A DNA stretch of 64,000 nt from Nitrosopumilus sp. (GCA_965207445.1 CBDBLX010000002.1:1207849-1271848); one strand, 5' to 3'. Numbered from the stretch's first letter, positions 30,339-41,641 are shown. Made by a program: numbers and translations. Notes: generated by a model from the sequence alone, not told the origin.

Positions 30339-32597
30339 TTGTCATCTAAATTCAATACTGAATCTACCTCACTATCAACAGATGCGCAGTCGTTACAAAA
30401 ACAACAGAGTAGGCGTGTTCGTATAGGTATCGATGTAGGCGGCACATTTACAAAAGCAGTTGCAATTGACTCTACAAATGACTCAATAATATCTACTGCA
30501 ACTGTTCCTACAACACATGATACCAAACGTGGGGTATCCGATGGCATACTAGATGCATTCACCAAAGTCACGACTATGCGTGACTCACAGATTGCACTTG
30601 ATGACATTGACTTTGTATCGCATAGTACAACTCAGGCCATAAATGCACTGTTGGAAAGTGATACGTACCCAGTAGGTATTATAGCTATGGGAGTAGGCCC
30701 TACGAAAAAAGATGTCATAAAGAGGACCCGTCTTGATGGTAATAGTATACTGCATAAAGGGCAACATGCAGATGACTTTACAGTTCACAAGGGATTAAAG
30801 TTTACAAATTATGAGTTTTTAGATACATCACATTTAATAACAGAAAAAGAGGTATCTGATGTCATAAATCGTATGCAAAATGCAGGTGTCAAATGTCTAG
30901 TTGCAACTGAGATGTATGGTGTAGATGACCCATCTAATGAAGAGTTTGTTGCAAAACAGTCTGCTGTTGCTGGATTGCCCTGTACATCCTCACACGAAGT
31001 GTCAGGTACATATGGTCTTGAGATAAGAACGCTTACAGCAGCAGTCAATGCAAGTATAATGCCAAAGACGATTCAAGTAGCAAACTTTGTTGAGAGTACA
31101 ATGTCTCAGGCAGGAGTAAAGTCACCTCTTTTGATAATGCGCGGAGATGGTGGTGTTACGAGCATGGATACATTTCGCTCAAAACCCATATTGACTGTTC
31201 TATCAGGGCCTGCTGCTAGTGTTGCAGGTGCACTATTGTACTTGCGTATTACAAATGGAATATTCATAGAAGTTGGAGGTACGTCAACTAACATATGTAT
31301 CATAAAAGATGGCAAGCCGACAATAAGATATGCTACAATTCGTGATCATCCTACATGTATTCGATCTATGGATGTCCGTATAATTGGTGTTGCAGGTGGC
31401 AGTATGGTTGCAATCCACAAAAAAAAGGTACATCGCGTAGGACCCCGGAGCGCACATATTGCAGGATTAACATACTCTTGTTTTGCTGATGCATCAGATA
31501 TAGAGAGCGGCGAGATAGTCTTAATGAGTCCAAAGCAAGGCGATGCGGCAGAGTATGCTGCAATCAAATGCAAAGATGGTAAAATGTATGCGATAACAAA
31601 CACATGCGCTGCAAACGCACTAGATAGAATAGAGAGTGGAGATTACTCTAAATGCCAAGATATTACAGCAGCAAAGACTGCCATGCGCAAACTAGGTGAT
31701 GCGATTGGTGGCGTCTCGTACTCTGAGGTTGCAATGTCTATAATACTGACTTCCATATATGATATCACAAATACAGTAAGTCGCATATTAAAAGAGTACA
31801 AAATGAATGCATCCACAACAAAGATAATTGGTGGCGGTGGGGGTGCATCAGTACTAGTACCTGAAGTTGCAAAACATATGGGCATAGAATACGAACGTGC
31901 ACCTCATGCAGAAGTAATATCTTCAATTGGAGTCGCATCATCCATGCTACAAGATGAGATTGAGGTTGCAATGGTAGACCCAACACCTGAATCAATATCT
32001 GCTGCTCACAAGAATGCTCGTCTGCAACTAGTAGACAAGGGAGCTGTACCTGAGTCAATACGCATCGACAGTTCGTATATGCCTGATAAAGGGTTGCTAC
32101 GCATAACTGCAATTGGAAGCGTTGCAATGGATGCTCATGCGACACAAAATGTCACATATGACAACTCTAATTTACGTGCAACATTTGATCTTGATGAGGC
32201 ATTGAATCGTGCATCTGAGATAACAAATATGGATAAAAATCTAATAAATCTAGAGTTTGAATCAGATCATTACATGATACTAGTAGGGCACAAAACAAAG
32301 AGGCGGCACATGTTTAGCAAAAAGAACAAACATAGAATACTTGTTTTGGATAGATTTGGTCAAGCAAAACTAGATGTTGCAGATGGAATTGTATTTCAAG
32401 GAGGCAGACTGAACATCATCGAAGAATTAGATGCATATTTAGAGTCTAGACATACAGCAGTAGCCCCTCAGGTATATCTGATTGATGATACTCGTATGCT
32501 TGATTTTTCTGGCTTGACATCATCATCGCACATTCTAAATGCAGTACAAGATGAGATGGAGGATAATACAAAGGTAGCAGTTATTGTAGAATTATGA
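30339..32597 (+). CDS. Hydantoinase/oxoprolinase family protein
   Basis: RIGIDVGGTFT, HSTTQAINALLE, SGPAAS and EVGGTSTN motifs. Confidence 0.9.
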   Translation: MSSKFNTESTSLSTDAQSLQKQQSRRVRIGIDVGGTFTKAVAIDSTNDSIISTATVPTTHDTKRGVSDGILDAFTKVTTMRDSQIALDDIDFVSHSTTQAINALLESDTYPVGIIAMGVGPTKKDVIKRTRLDGNSILHKGQHADDFTVHKGLKFTNYEFLDTSHLITEKEVSDVINRMQNAGVKCLVATEMYGVDDPSNEEFVAKQSAVAGLPCTSSHEVSGTYGLEIRTLTAAVNASIMPKTIQVANFVESTMSQAGVKSPLLIMRGDGGVTSMDTFRSKPILTVLSGPAASVAGALLYLRITNGIFIEVGGTSTNICIIKDGKPTIRYATIRDHPTCIRSMDVRIIGVAGGSMVAIHKKKVHRVGPRSAHIAGLTYSCFADASDIESGEIVLMSPKQGDAAEYAAIKCKDGKMYAITNTCAANALDRIESGDYSKCQDITAAKTAMRKLGDAIGGVSYSEVAMSIILTSIYDITNTVSRILKEYKMNASTTKIIGGGGGASVLVPEVAKHMGIEYERAPHAEVISSIGVASSMLQDEIEVAMVDPTPESISAAHKNARLQLVDKGAVPESIRIDSSYMPDKGLLRITAIGSVAMDAHATQNVTYDNSNLRATFDLDEALNRASEITNMDKNLINLEFESDHYMILVGHKTKRRHMFSKKNKHRILVLDRFGQAKLDVADGIVFQGGRLNIIEELDAYLESRHTAVAPQVYLIDDTRMLDFSGLTSSSHILNAVQDEMEDNTKVAVIVEL

Positions 32598-32718
32598 TTA
32601 GATTATACTTTTTTGATTATTTTGCTTTGTTATGATTATTTGGACTAGCTGATTATATTTTGGTAATTTTTTAGCGTAGATGGTTTTTATTAATAATTTT
32701 GCATCCTTTATGAATATA

Positions 32719-32967
32719 TTATGTTTTTTCTTTATTATTTTTTTGTACTTGTGTAATCAATATCTCGACTGTTTCAAGTGGGTCATCTACTTTGTTGCGT
32801 CGAATTGATAACAATGTTGGTTTTTCAAAATCTTCTGTACAATCTGGGCATGCATATACTAGTACACGATGCTCATTTGGCGCCTTTGGATTTGAGAGTC
32901 TAGGATAATACACTAGTCTTGCACCGCAATCAACACAATACCTGTTTGCTCTTCTAGTTCTTGGCAT
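32719..32967 (-). CDS. Small Zn-ribbon hypothetical protein
   Basis: CVDCG...CPDC, 82 aa. Confidence 0.75.
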   Translation of the reverse strand: MPRTRRANRYCVDCGARLVYYPRLSNPKAPNEHRVLVYACPDCTEDFEKPTLLSIRRNKVDDPLETVEILITQVQKNNKEKT

Positions 32968-33091
32968 ATCACTTGTTGTATAATGGTAAAATTAGTATTT
33001 ACCTAAATTGCTTGATATTTGCCAATCTGCATCTGATAAGCATTTAATTCACAAACACCCAATTCACAAATGCACATCTAGCACACAACAT

Positions 33092-33225
33092 CTATAGCAA
33101 TGAGCATAAATCAATGTACGCCAATTTTATACGATTTTATGCCTGAAAAGATATATGTAAAAATATTATATTTTGAAAACGTTACATTGTTTTTAATATG
33201 AATAGAAACGTTTCAAATGTGCATT
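33092..33225 (+). repeat. Left arm of an approximately 135-bp long inverted repeat
   Basis: Reverse complement aligns with 35862-35997. Confidence 0.85.
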
Positions 33226-33379
33226 GTAATAAGCATAGTATGTGTATCATGCCCAAGAAATTAGTAGTTGTTAGTTTGTAATTGACAAATATGCCGCGTT
33301 ACCACAAAAAATTTTGTGGTACTCTTAGACGTGCCTATTTTTAGGAAGGTTTTAAATGATTAAATTATTTACTAGGGTA

Positions 33380-34380
33380 TGGATTTGCTTGGGCAATTGT
33401 TGTACATAATAAGAAAAATTGAAAAAGACAGTCGTATAGTACGCAGATTCTGCATGTTAATTTTATTTTTTAGTTTGGGTACATTTAGTGATACTGAACG
33501 AAAACACAACTGCGATAGAAGAACAGTTGCAATGTGGTAGCACAGATTAAAGGCTGCAAGAAAGACACCAAAAGGTATCTGAGATGTATTAACAGATAGG
33601 CCTAGGTCAGGATGTCTGATAAAAGTTGACAGAGATATACTTGATAAAGTAAGACAATGGTGTGATGGTAAATGTATTGAATCTATTGAAATATCTGATA
33701 AGATATTTGAGTTGTCCGGTACGAGGCCAAGTATAACACAAGTTCAAAGATACGTGAGACAGTGGAGGTGCTCAAAGAAAAAGACAGAATTAATTGAGAA
33801 CAATTGTGCCAAGATGACAACTGTTCGAGTCTAAATATGTAGACTCTTTAAAACGCTAGAAAAGTTTGGCAAAAAGGATATACAATAGTGACAATGGATG
33901 AATCACACATTCGAGATTCTGAGAGGTCACATAAGTTTTGGTCAAAAGTGGGAGTGCACATATACTCGTTTTAGAGTGGGAATTATCATAGATTCTATAT
34001 GATGTGTTCAATAACACCAACTGGAAAATTATTCTATAATTCTTGTAACACTGCAAACACAACCACCCTCATTTTTGGAGCATGTTGATCGTATGTACCA
34101 AAAAATTGGAAATGTGGTGCTTGCTTGACAGAGCATTATATCACACCTCAAAAAAGACAACGAAATATTTCAAAAACCACCCGGACATTATGTTAATGGT
34201 ATATAGTAGAGCATCCATACCTGAATCCTGTTGAGTAACTGTGATGTGGATGTGCTCAAGGCATCAATCAACAACTCAAATATGTGCAATTGTCAATGCA
34301 CACAAAAAAACAGCATTCAAATTTATCAACGAACACATATTTGATTATAATTTTACCAAATTCTGGAAATAAAGACTGCC
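33380..34380 (+). pseudogene. IS630-family transposase, degraded
   Basis: Fragments CDRRTVAMW, DRPRSG, MDESH and PYLNPVE with many stops; limits approximate. Confidence 0.6.
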
Positions 34381-34685
34381 CAAAGGGGTAATGCGTCCAA
34401 TTGTCAGATTGGAAGGTGAACTGAGTTCTAAAGTAAAGGAATGCAACATAACCATCCCGATAGCAACAACAACAACAACAACGAAATATTATTTTAATCA
34501 ATACACCTTTACTAGAAAAGCAGCAGAAATGGTATATGTATGCCATACTCAATCTGTCAGAAACACTGCTCAAATAAAGGCTCTATAAAATAACGTGGAA
34601 ATTTCTGAGACTATGTAAATCTCGTCGTGCAAACTGCGACTCCCTTATTATTTATATTCAATAATATTTATTCAAAAAAAAATAT

Positions 34686-35060
34686 TTAATTTGAATATTT
34701 GTTTGTTTTATTTTGTTTAAAATAATTCGTATTATGGATTGACTTTATACCATTGGGTACAAGTTTTATACTAACTAGAATGCAAAAAGCCATTGAAAGT
34801 AGAGCGGTTGCAAGAGCTATATCTGTTAAAGATTGTATGATTGTATACAAGGGGATGCATATAATAAATAATATAACAAGTATGGGGGCAAATATAGGGT
34901 TAAATTTCAAATCTTTAGTATATCGTGTCATATAGATGTAGAAGGAAATTCCTAAAATAAATGGAAATACATGCATGGTGTCAAAATCCCACGCCAATAC
35001 AACACATACACTTGCTAAACCAAGCAAACCTAGTACAAGAAAATCATAAAAAAGAGTCAT
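34686..35060 (-). CDS. Hypothetical membrane protein
   Basis: 124 aa, about 4 hydrophobic segments; ATGA overlap with the upstream ORF. Confidence 0.55.
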   Translation of the reverse strand: MTLFYDFLVLGLLGLASVCVVLAWDFDTMHVFPFILGISFYIYMTRYTKDLKFNPIFAPILVILFIICIPLYTIIQSLTDIALATALLSMAFCILVSIKLVPNGIKSIHNTNYFKQNKTNKYSN

Positions 35061-35317
35061 GGTAAAAGCGCCTCAATTATATCAAAATTGTCCATAATTA
35101 AGCCAATTAAATAACCACCAAAACCGCCACCAAACATCTGTGCAGCAGCACGTAATGCTTTTGCTAATGCACTGGTATGGGCGCGTTCGGCCAACCTGCC
35201 TAATTCTTCGGCCAACCCCTCTAACTTTCCCTTTTCGTATTCACCTATATTATCCATTTTAGCAATGTTTAACATTGATGTTTTTATGTTATTTATTTCT
35301 GTTGAAATATCAACCAT
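35057..35317 (-). CDS. Small hypothetical protein
   Basis: 86 aa, helical with a Gly-rich hydrophobic C-terminus; TATA-like tttaaa about 25 bp upstream. Confidence 0.6.
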   Translation of the reverse strand: MVDISTEINNIKTSMLNIAKMDNIGEYEKGKLEGLAEELGRLAERAHTSALAKALRAAAQMFGGGFGGYLIGLIMDNFDIIEALLP

Positions 35318-35361
35318 ATATCTAATAAAATCACAATATATTTAAATTTTACAAATCCCGC

Positions 35362-35464
35362 AAGGTTGGAGCGTAATTGACCTTTGGCCTGCCTATGACC
35401 CTTCTGTGAATTTACTCGGTTTATTGCACATTCAATCTACTGAAGACTAAAATCTATCTATAGT
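35362..35464 (-). mobile_element. Solo right end of the IS5-like element
   Basis: Reverse complement aligns with about 5190-5289. Confidence 0.8.
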
Positions 35465-35861
35465 AGTAGTGATTATGCAGAAACCCCTTCAAATTAACTG
35501 TCGACTAGTCGGAATGCTCACAGCAACTCATCTAATAAGTTACATAGGACAATGACATAATATTAACACCAATATCAAAAACTAACTATATACTTGGCAA
35601 ATTCAGAATTTTACAAAAAATATATGCAACTATAAAATACACTAGATGGTATTAACGTACCATAGATAAATCTCTCATCATTTACGTTTCTTGCGATGTT
35701 AAGTGTGTGACCTAAATGTGGATATATATTAAATATTTAGATAAATTTTTATAAATGATTATTAAATAATTTTAAAACTGACTGTTCAAAAATATTTAAT
35801 ATAATCTTTCAAATATAAAAAATAATATGCATTGATAAAATATTGATTATGCATAAGGTCT

Positions 35862-35997
35862 AATGCACATTTGAAACATTTCTATTCATATTAAAAACAG
35901 ATGTAACGTTTTTAAAATACAATATTTTTACATATGATCTTTTCAGGCATAAAATCGTATAAAATTGGTGTACATGGACTTGTGCTCATCGCTATAG
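35862..35997 (-). repeat. Right arm of the long inverted repeat
   Basis: Pairs with 33092-33225. Confidence 0.85.
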
Positions 35998-36834
35998 GTG
36001 ATTGTAAAATCACCAAACTTGGATTTACATCACTTACATTGATATCTAGAACTCGGATGATTTAGTGACCTTTGATTGCATTTTGGACAAACTCGCCTTC
36101 CTGCCCATCTTTTCTTGATAAAAAATACCTTGTTTTTTGTCAAATTATTTGCTAAAATTTTTGGATGATTATTAGACACTATCTAGGTGTGAAATTATTT
36201 ATCAATATGTATTTTTTCAAAGATAAACGTACTGCCTTTTTTATAATGGTGAAACAACTTGCCGCAAATGTCATAAATACGATTAAAATGCATATTGACA
36301 AAACTATGAAATTGCTAGTCCAAACAAGAAAAGCATCAAAACAAAATATCACTACCAATGCAAAAATGCGAACTTGTTTTTCTTAGTTCTGACCACTCTT
36401 CAGATCCATTTTATGTTGTCATATACTCCAATAGATTTGTCGAGATTTACAGCATGTCCTCCAGCGGCATCTAGCTCCTCAGACACCCCCCATAGATTCT
36501 CCAAGTATCTGTATTATTGCCCCTCAATTTCCTTTATCCAACAGTGGTTCTTTTCACATTCACAAATTCCATGCATTTTTGATAAAAACACCACATTGGT
36601 CATATATTTCATCTGCAAACAAAATAAAGTCATTATCGAATGTCAACAATTCAACATTCTGACCTTGGGCCAGCTTTGCGGCAGTAGCTAAAATTTTCAA
36701 GTCGGCGCCGTTTGGAGGTCCATTTTTTACCGTGGTTTTTTTAATTGTCGCCCATCTTTTCTTTTTTTGGTCTTGTGCGGGGTCGCTCCAAATTGTTGCA
36801 TACGTGTTTCTAACTTTCCACAAAAGCGAGGGAT

Positions 36835-38975
36835 GTAACAGTTCAACCCCTATTTTGTAAGTAGGCATACAGATACAGCAATAGCGATCACCGATCATTA
36901 TTGTGATCGAATTTACGTAAATCTAAATGATAAACACGATGATATGTGAGAAAGTGCCCAAAATGTTGAAAACACGTTTGATTATTTTTTGCATCTAGGC
37001 AGGAAATTACTCAGCTAATTGATCTGTGGTCAGCTTTTGACATTGCGGGGTGTTAAATACATAGTTTTTTACTTACCATTGATACCAAAATGGTAAGTAG
37101 AAAACTTAATGATATTGTATTGCAAAAACAGTATTTAGACTATTTTAATCACAATAATGAAAATTTACATAATTGTGTACAGTGTGTGCTCAAACACAGT
37201 TGTGCGGTGAGTAGCAAAATCATCAGAGGTGGTGTGTTGCAATGATCTCAGAGATGACCACACTGCGCAAAGAAATTCATACATTGCACTCACAGTTGGA
37301 TTCTGCAAATGATACGATACGCAACAATTCTGCTGAATTAGAGAAGAGTCATCTAGAGACGGCTACTGCGCGAGCAGAGATTGCGGTATTAGAAGAGAAA
37401 TACTCCAAAATGTCTGCCAAAAACAAGCAGCTTGAGGATACAATAAAGCAACAGCAACAGCAACACAATTGCAGTCAGGAATGCATAGTTTTGAGAGAAG
37501 AGAATGTACAACTAAAACAACAACTCCAACAAAAAACCAGACAACACCACCGTGTTGATAATGCCCACACACCTCCCTCTGCAGGAAGCGACTCACAAAA
37601 TAAACTCAAAAATTACAGACGCGAACATGCAGAACGCTGTTACTTGGAATATGGAATAGTTATGGAAGCCATTACTAATTCTGACAATTATGTACTCGAA
37701 AATGTAATTGCACATGAAACCAACGACAAAGCGGTTAGAAAAGGAGTCAGTCTAATCCTGTATGGGTTAGAAGATAAGACAAAAGGAAAAAAATGGAATG
37801 AAGGTGAGGGAGAGGAGAAAACAACCATATATGATATGGACGTCACAGAGGAAATTGACTATACAGTAGACAAATGCCCCGAATGTGGTGCAGATGTAGA
37901 TGTTAAACACGAATGCAAGATGGTAATAGACACTCCAAAAATAGTCAAAGCCACAAAAAAACGGATTAAATCATCAAAAGGCAAGTGCAAAAACAACCAC
38001 AAAATAAACACCATGCCCAAAGGATATACCAAAGGCTCAATGTTTGGCCCCAATCTCATGACCATGATCGTATTCATGTTCTTTACAACACTCAGTCTAA
38101 ACTCCATATCACACATGCTAACGCTAGTCGGCGTTCCAAAGGTCTCAAAGGTGACCATAATGAACGCTCTTACAGCAGTAGCAAGAGAAAAGTTTGCAGC
38201 AACTGCAAAACAGATCTCAAAAAATCTTGCAAAAACAAGATATTTGATGGGTGATGAAACGCCAGTCAAAATAGGCATAAAACGTGGCTATGCGTGGGTG
38301 TTCATAGGCGAATATGGCATCAGTTTTGTCATTACTCGCTCACGTGGTGCGGCTGTATTAGATATACACTGTCCGTTATTTGACATTCCAATCGTGGTGG
38401 ATGGATACGCCGCATACAACAAATTCAAAACCAAACAGCGCTGCTGGGCGCATGTTTTGCGCGATGCCGAACTGCTGGCAGCCATGCAAGGCGGCAATCT
38501 CGTAGAATTACACCAAAAACTCCAACACATATTTCACGAGGCCAAACAGCTACCCCCAGACACCACAGATCAACAACTGCAAGACAACTGGATAGATCCC
38601 GTCATGGCAATTGCAGGCACATATACAGAACTGGGATACTCGTTTGGTGGTAAACTACTCAATGCGGCGCCAGACCTGTTTACATTTGTCAAATATCCGG
38701 GCATGCCACCTACCAACAACAAATCCGAACGAACACTTCGACGCGTCGTGATTCACAAAAAGATTCGTCAGATGTTTCGCATGGCCTCGTTTCGTACAAC
38801 AGGAATGGAGGTTTATGGTATATTGATGTCATGTATGATGACGTGGTATGATCAGGACAAGGATCTTGTAAAGAACATCTATGACACCATCATGGCAAGC
38901 TAAATCATTCACCAAACTTCATCGCATAGCGGTAGATGTGTGTTGAGGTGTACAGGTAGGGGGTTTAACTGTTAC
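36835..38975 (+). mobile_element. IS66-family element A (2141 bp)
   Basis: TIR gtaacagttcaacccc / ggggtttaactgttac; 9-bp TSD gcgagggat at 36826-36834 and 38976-38984. Confidence 0.93.
37242..38903 (+). CDS. IS66-family transposase (single ORF)
   Basis: Coiled coil, CPECG, GDET, DGYAAY, QRCWAHVLRD and PPTNNKSERTLR. Confidence 0.93.
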   Translation: MISEMTTLRKEIHTLHSQLDSANDTIRNNSAELEKSHLETATARAEIAVLEEKYSKMSAKNKQLEDTIKQQQQQHNCSQECIVLREENVQLKQQLQQKTRQHHRVDNAHTPPSAGSDSQNKLKNYRREHAERCYLEYGIVMEAITNSDNYVLENVIAHETNDKAVRKGVSLILYGLEDKTKGKKWNEGEGEEKTTIYDMDVTEEIDYTVDKCPECGADVDVKHECKMVIDTPKIVKATKKRIKSSKGKCKNNHKINTMPKGYTKGSMFGPNLMTMIVFMFFTTLSLNSISHMLTLVGVPKVSKVTIMNALTAVAREKFAATAKQISKNLAKTRYLMGDETPVKIGIKRGYAWVFIGEYGISFVITRSRGAAVLDIHCPLFDIPIVVDGYAAYNKFKTKQRCWAHVLRDAELLAAMQGGNLVELHQKLQHIFHEAKQLPPDTTDQQLQDNWIDPVMAIAGTYTELGYSFGGKLLNAAPDLFTFVKYPGMPPTNNKSERTLRRVVIHKKIRQMFRMASFRTTGMEVYGILMSCMMTWYDQDKDLVKNIYDTIMAS

Positions 38976-39287
38976 GCGAGGGATCGTCAGGACACATATA
39001 TTTTGGAGCCAGTTCGCCATATTTCACGAATGACATTTGATCCAGTTTGAGCATGACAGAGGCCGGAAATGAGTGTTTTGCGGCTGTATCGGACAACACG
39101 TCCCGCATGTTTCTTACAGTCTCGTGATCCACAGTTTTTGTGACACAAATGGAACCATCTAGAAGTTTCGGGGCGATGTATCGAGTCACGTGGTAAGATT
39201 TTGATAGTTTGATGGGAATTTTACTGCCAGATTTTATGACACTGTGGTTAATAGAGTAACAAAGACAGACGTTCGTGTCCAGCACAG

Positions 39288-40142
39288 TTAAGACGGAATT
39301 TCTATCGCTTCCAGGGCCTTTGACAAGCGTAATGCCTCATCCTCCTCTAATATTTCATCCAGCGATCTTTCCATTGGATCATGTGCAATATTTCTTCTTT
39401 TACAATATTGAACCAAATAGTTGTAAAGATCTTGAATCTCAACAAACCCCGGATGGAGATAGTCCGGATTGTTCGAGGGTAAAACCGCATTCCTTGCAAG
39501 ATCTTTGCATTTCTGTATGATCTCCTTGGACAGGTTAAACACTACCCTATTTTGGACCGCATCCTTTGTCTGCATTTCTGCGAAAATCCTGCTGAGCATT
39601 TCCAAGATTCCCAAGACAAATGTCACTTGACTACCTGCTGTTTTTGCATAACTGTGTTTTATTGGGTGTATGACCCTGGCCAACTCCTCCTTTACCTCTA
39701 ATTTGAGCCTCTGTGAATCATGATGTTGTTTGAGGGCAAATTGCGCATATGCCAAATCAAGTAATTTTTCTGGCGACTGTGAATTGAGATCCTCTGCCTT
39801 GCTGGCTACTGATTCGATCAGATCCGGTTTGATGTTTCGGCTCATCTTTTGCAGTGTATCTTGTCCATTGTCGGTGATATGATATGAATAATAGTGCCTG
39901 TCGGGCAAGTACGCGTTCTGGGAAAGTTTCTGTGTTATTAGCAACGGATAGCATACAGTATCCAAGTCAAGACCGTCAGAGTAGGGACCATAATGATGTT
40001 TTATAAAATCATATTCGTCAAGTTTTAGTTCATGTTGCAGCAGAAACATAATTTTTTGGAATTTAATTTTTGAATGCAATCCCCCTGTCGTCTTTAAGAC
40101 CTGCAAAGGCAGCCATAGCCTACTTGGTGCGTCCTCAAACAT
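39288..40142 (-). CDS. SocA/Panacea (DUF4065)-like antitoxin protein
   Basis: KIKFQKIMFLL...YDFIKHHYGPYSDGL motif; stop 2 bp before the PIN start; likely start MFED at 40142. Confidence 0.7.
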   Translation of the reverse strand: MFEDAPSRLWLPLQVLKTTGGLHSKIKFQKIMFLLQHELKLDEYDFIKHHYGPYSDGLDLDTVCYPLLITQKLSQNAYLPDRHYYSYHITDNGQDTLQKMSRNIKPDLIESVASKAEDLNSQSPEKLLDLAYAQFALKQHHDSQRLKLEVKEELARVIHPIKHSYAKTAGSQVTFVLGILEMLSRIFAEMQTKDAVQNRVVFNLSKEIIQKCKDLARNAVLPSNNPDYLHPGFVEIQDLYNYLVQYCKRRNIAHDPMERSLDEILEEDEALRLSKALEAIEIPS

Positions 40143-40190
40143 GCAGTAACAAAGACGGCGCACTATATAGACATTTTCCACAGTGGGAGG

Positions 40191-40271
40191 GTAACAGTTC
40201 AACCTCTTCCCAAATTTAGGCACAGATTCGCCGCCTAACATCTGTTGCAGGCACGAGGGTTGAACGGTTAC
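40191..40271 (+). mobile_element. MITE-A copy with TSD
   Basis: gtaacagttcaacc / ggttgaacggttac; 9-bp TSD agtgggagg at 40182-40190 and 40272-40280. Confidence 0.92.
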
Positions 40272-40276
40272 AGTGG

Positions 40277-40787
40277 GAGGTTGGTGTGTAATTCATCAAA
40301 TCACCACTTGTATTGTACTTGCATCGTACTTGCAAAGTCATCTGCAAATATCACCAGAGTTTTATATGTATAAATTAAATTATTCAATAAAATCATATAT
40401 AAAAGTATCTGCGCGCTTATCGAGGCAATATTTGGAGCAGAAGAAGAGACAAAGAATCACAGGCTACATTGTCGTATGCGCCTGGGCCAAAAACAGAAAG
40501 CGGTTTGGTAAAATACTATCGATTGCATGGAATATCGACGTTCTAAATAGATTTATCTGCGCTCATGAAAAAGGACAAAAGAATCCATCATACAAATGAC
40601 AACTACTGCTATCACACTTGCACGTTTCATGCTCTATAATCTATGTCTGCCAAAACAACACACATGTATATTCAAAAACAAAACGCACTATAGATAGATT
40701 TCAGTATTCTTCAGATTGAATGTGCAATAAACCAAAAGCTCACAGAAGGGTCACAGGCAGGACTAATGTCAATTACGCACCAACCTC
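40277..40787 (+). mobile_element. Internally deleted derivative of the IS5-like element (511 bp)
   Basis: Both TIRs present; left about 130 bp and right about 380 bp match 3618-5289. Confidence 0.88.
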
Positions 40788-40814
40788 ATACGGACTTTTA
40801 CACAAAAACATTAT

Positions 40815-40891
40815 TGGCGCCGCCCATCAGACTTGAACTGACGACCGTCCGATTAACAGTCGGATGCTCTACCATACTAAGCTAGGGCGGC
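40815..40891 (-). tRNA. tRNA-Asn (GTT), CCA encoded
   Basis: GCCGCCC...GGGCGGC-G-CCA acceptor stem; anticodon arm TCCGA-CTGTTAA-TCGGA; T-loop GTTCAAGT. Confidence 0.97.
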
Positions 40892-41641
40892 CCTTGAATT
40901 ATGTCTTGATGATTATGATTTAATCCTTGCGTCGCCAATATGAAATATTTTTTGAGTGAAAAATTATCTCATATATCTGGTCTTATTTTATTTATTTATT
41001 TATTTGTATATTTGTATATTTGTGCAATCATTTACTCTCTTAAAATAAACACTCATTACAATATGACTTGGTATGATAACAAGACAGCAAATGACATTTA
41101 CAAATCACATATACACAAAGGATGTTCTGATTGGTCTACCATTTGGGCAGTCATAAATAGATGAAATATTGCAGTACTGTTTTTAGGTTTTGTTTTTAAC
41201 ATATCAGTAGTTTAGCACTTTGCCATAACTTTCATACGGTTATACCAATTGCAACAGTTCTGCCTTTTTTGATTATGTTGTGTTTTTTTTGCGTGAACCA
41301 ATCTATGACTGATATAATCATTTAAAAATAACTCTAGTCAAATATATCACATACATGATATTTGATATACTGACAAAAATGTGACCCAATACATGTATCT
41401 AATTTTATTATTGCATCCAAAGATCTTGACTCACACGCCCGAAGCAATAGCCGGCAGTCCAAGATCTTGACAGCTTACACTCCTAGCATAAACTATAAAC
41501 GATTCTGCGTATCAGTAGGCATGAAATGGACGTGCAATGAGAGTTGCCTTATCAACGCCTCCGGGGGATTAACATAGGCAAACGGTTACTTTTGTCCCTT
41601 GTCTTGTCTATCTCAAATATCTAGACGATTATCACATATCA

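Larger units (their letters stand above)
36560..39285 (-). pseudogene. PIN-domain (VapC-like) gene split by IS66
   Basis: 39285-38976 plus 36834-36560, minus one TSD, gives 576 nt in frame: MLDTNV...CPDDPS|LLWKV...GADLKILATA...LLTFDNDF. Confidence 0.88.

Noticed and set aside
40143..40241. N-terminal 33 aa of the 317-aa ORF
   Set aside because: It reads out of MITE-A; the real start is more likely ATG 40142.
41410..41590. 5S rRNA, SRP RNA or cobalamin riboswitch call
   Set aside because: Diagnostic conserved motifs were not found; kept only as an unassigned candidate.
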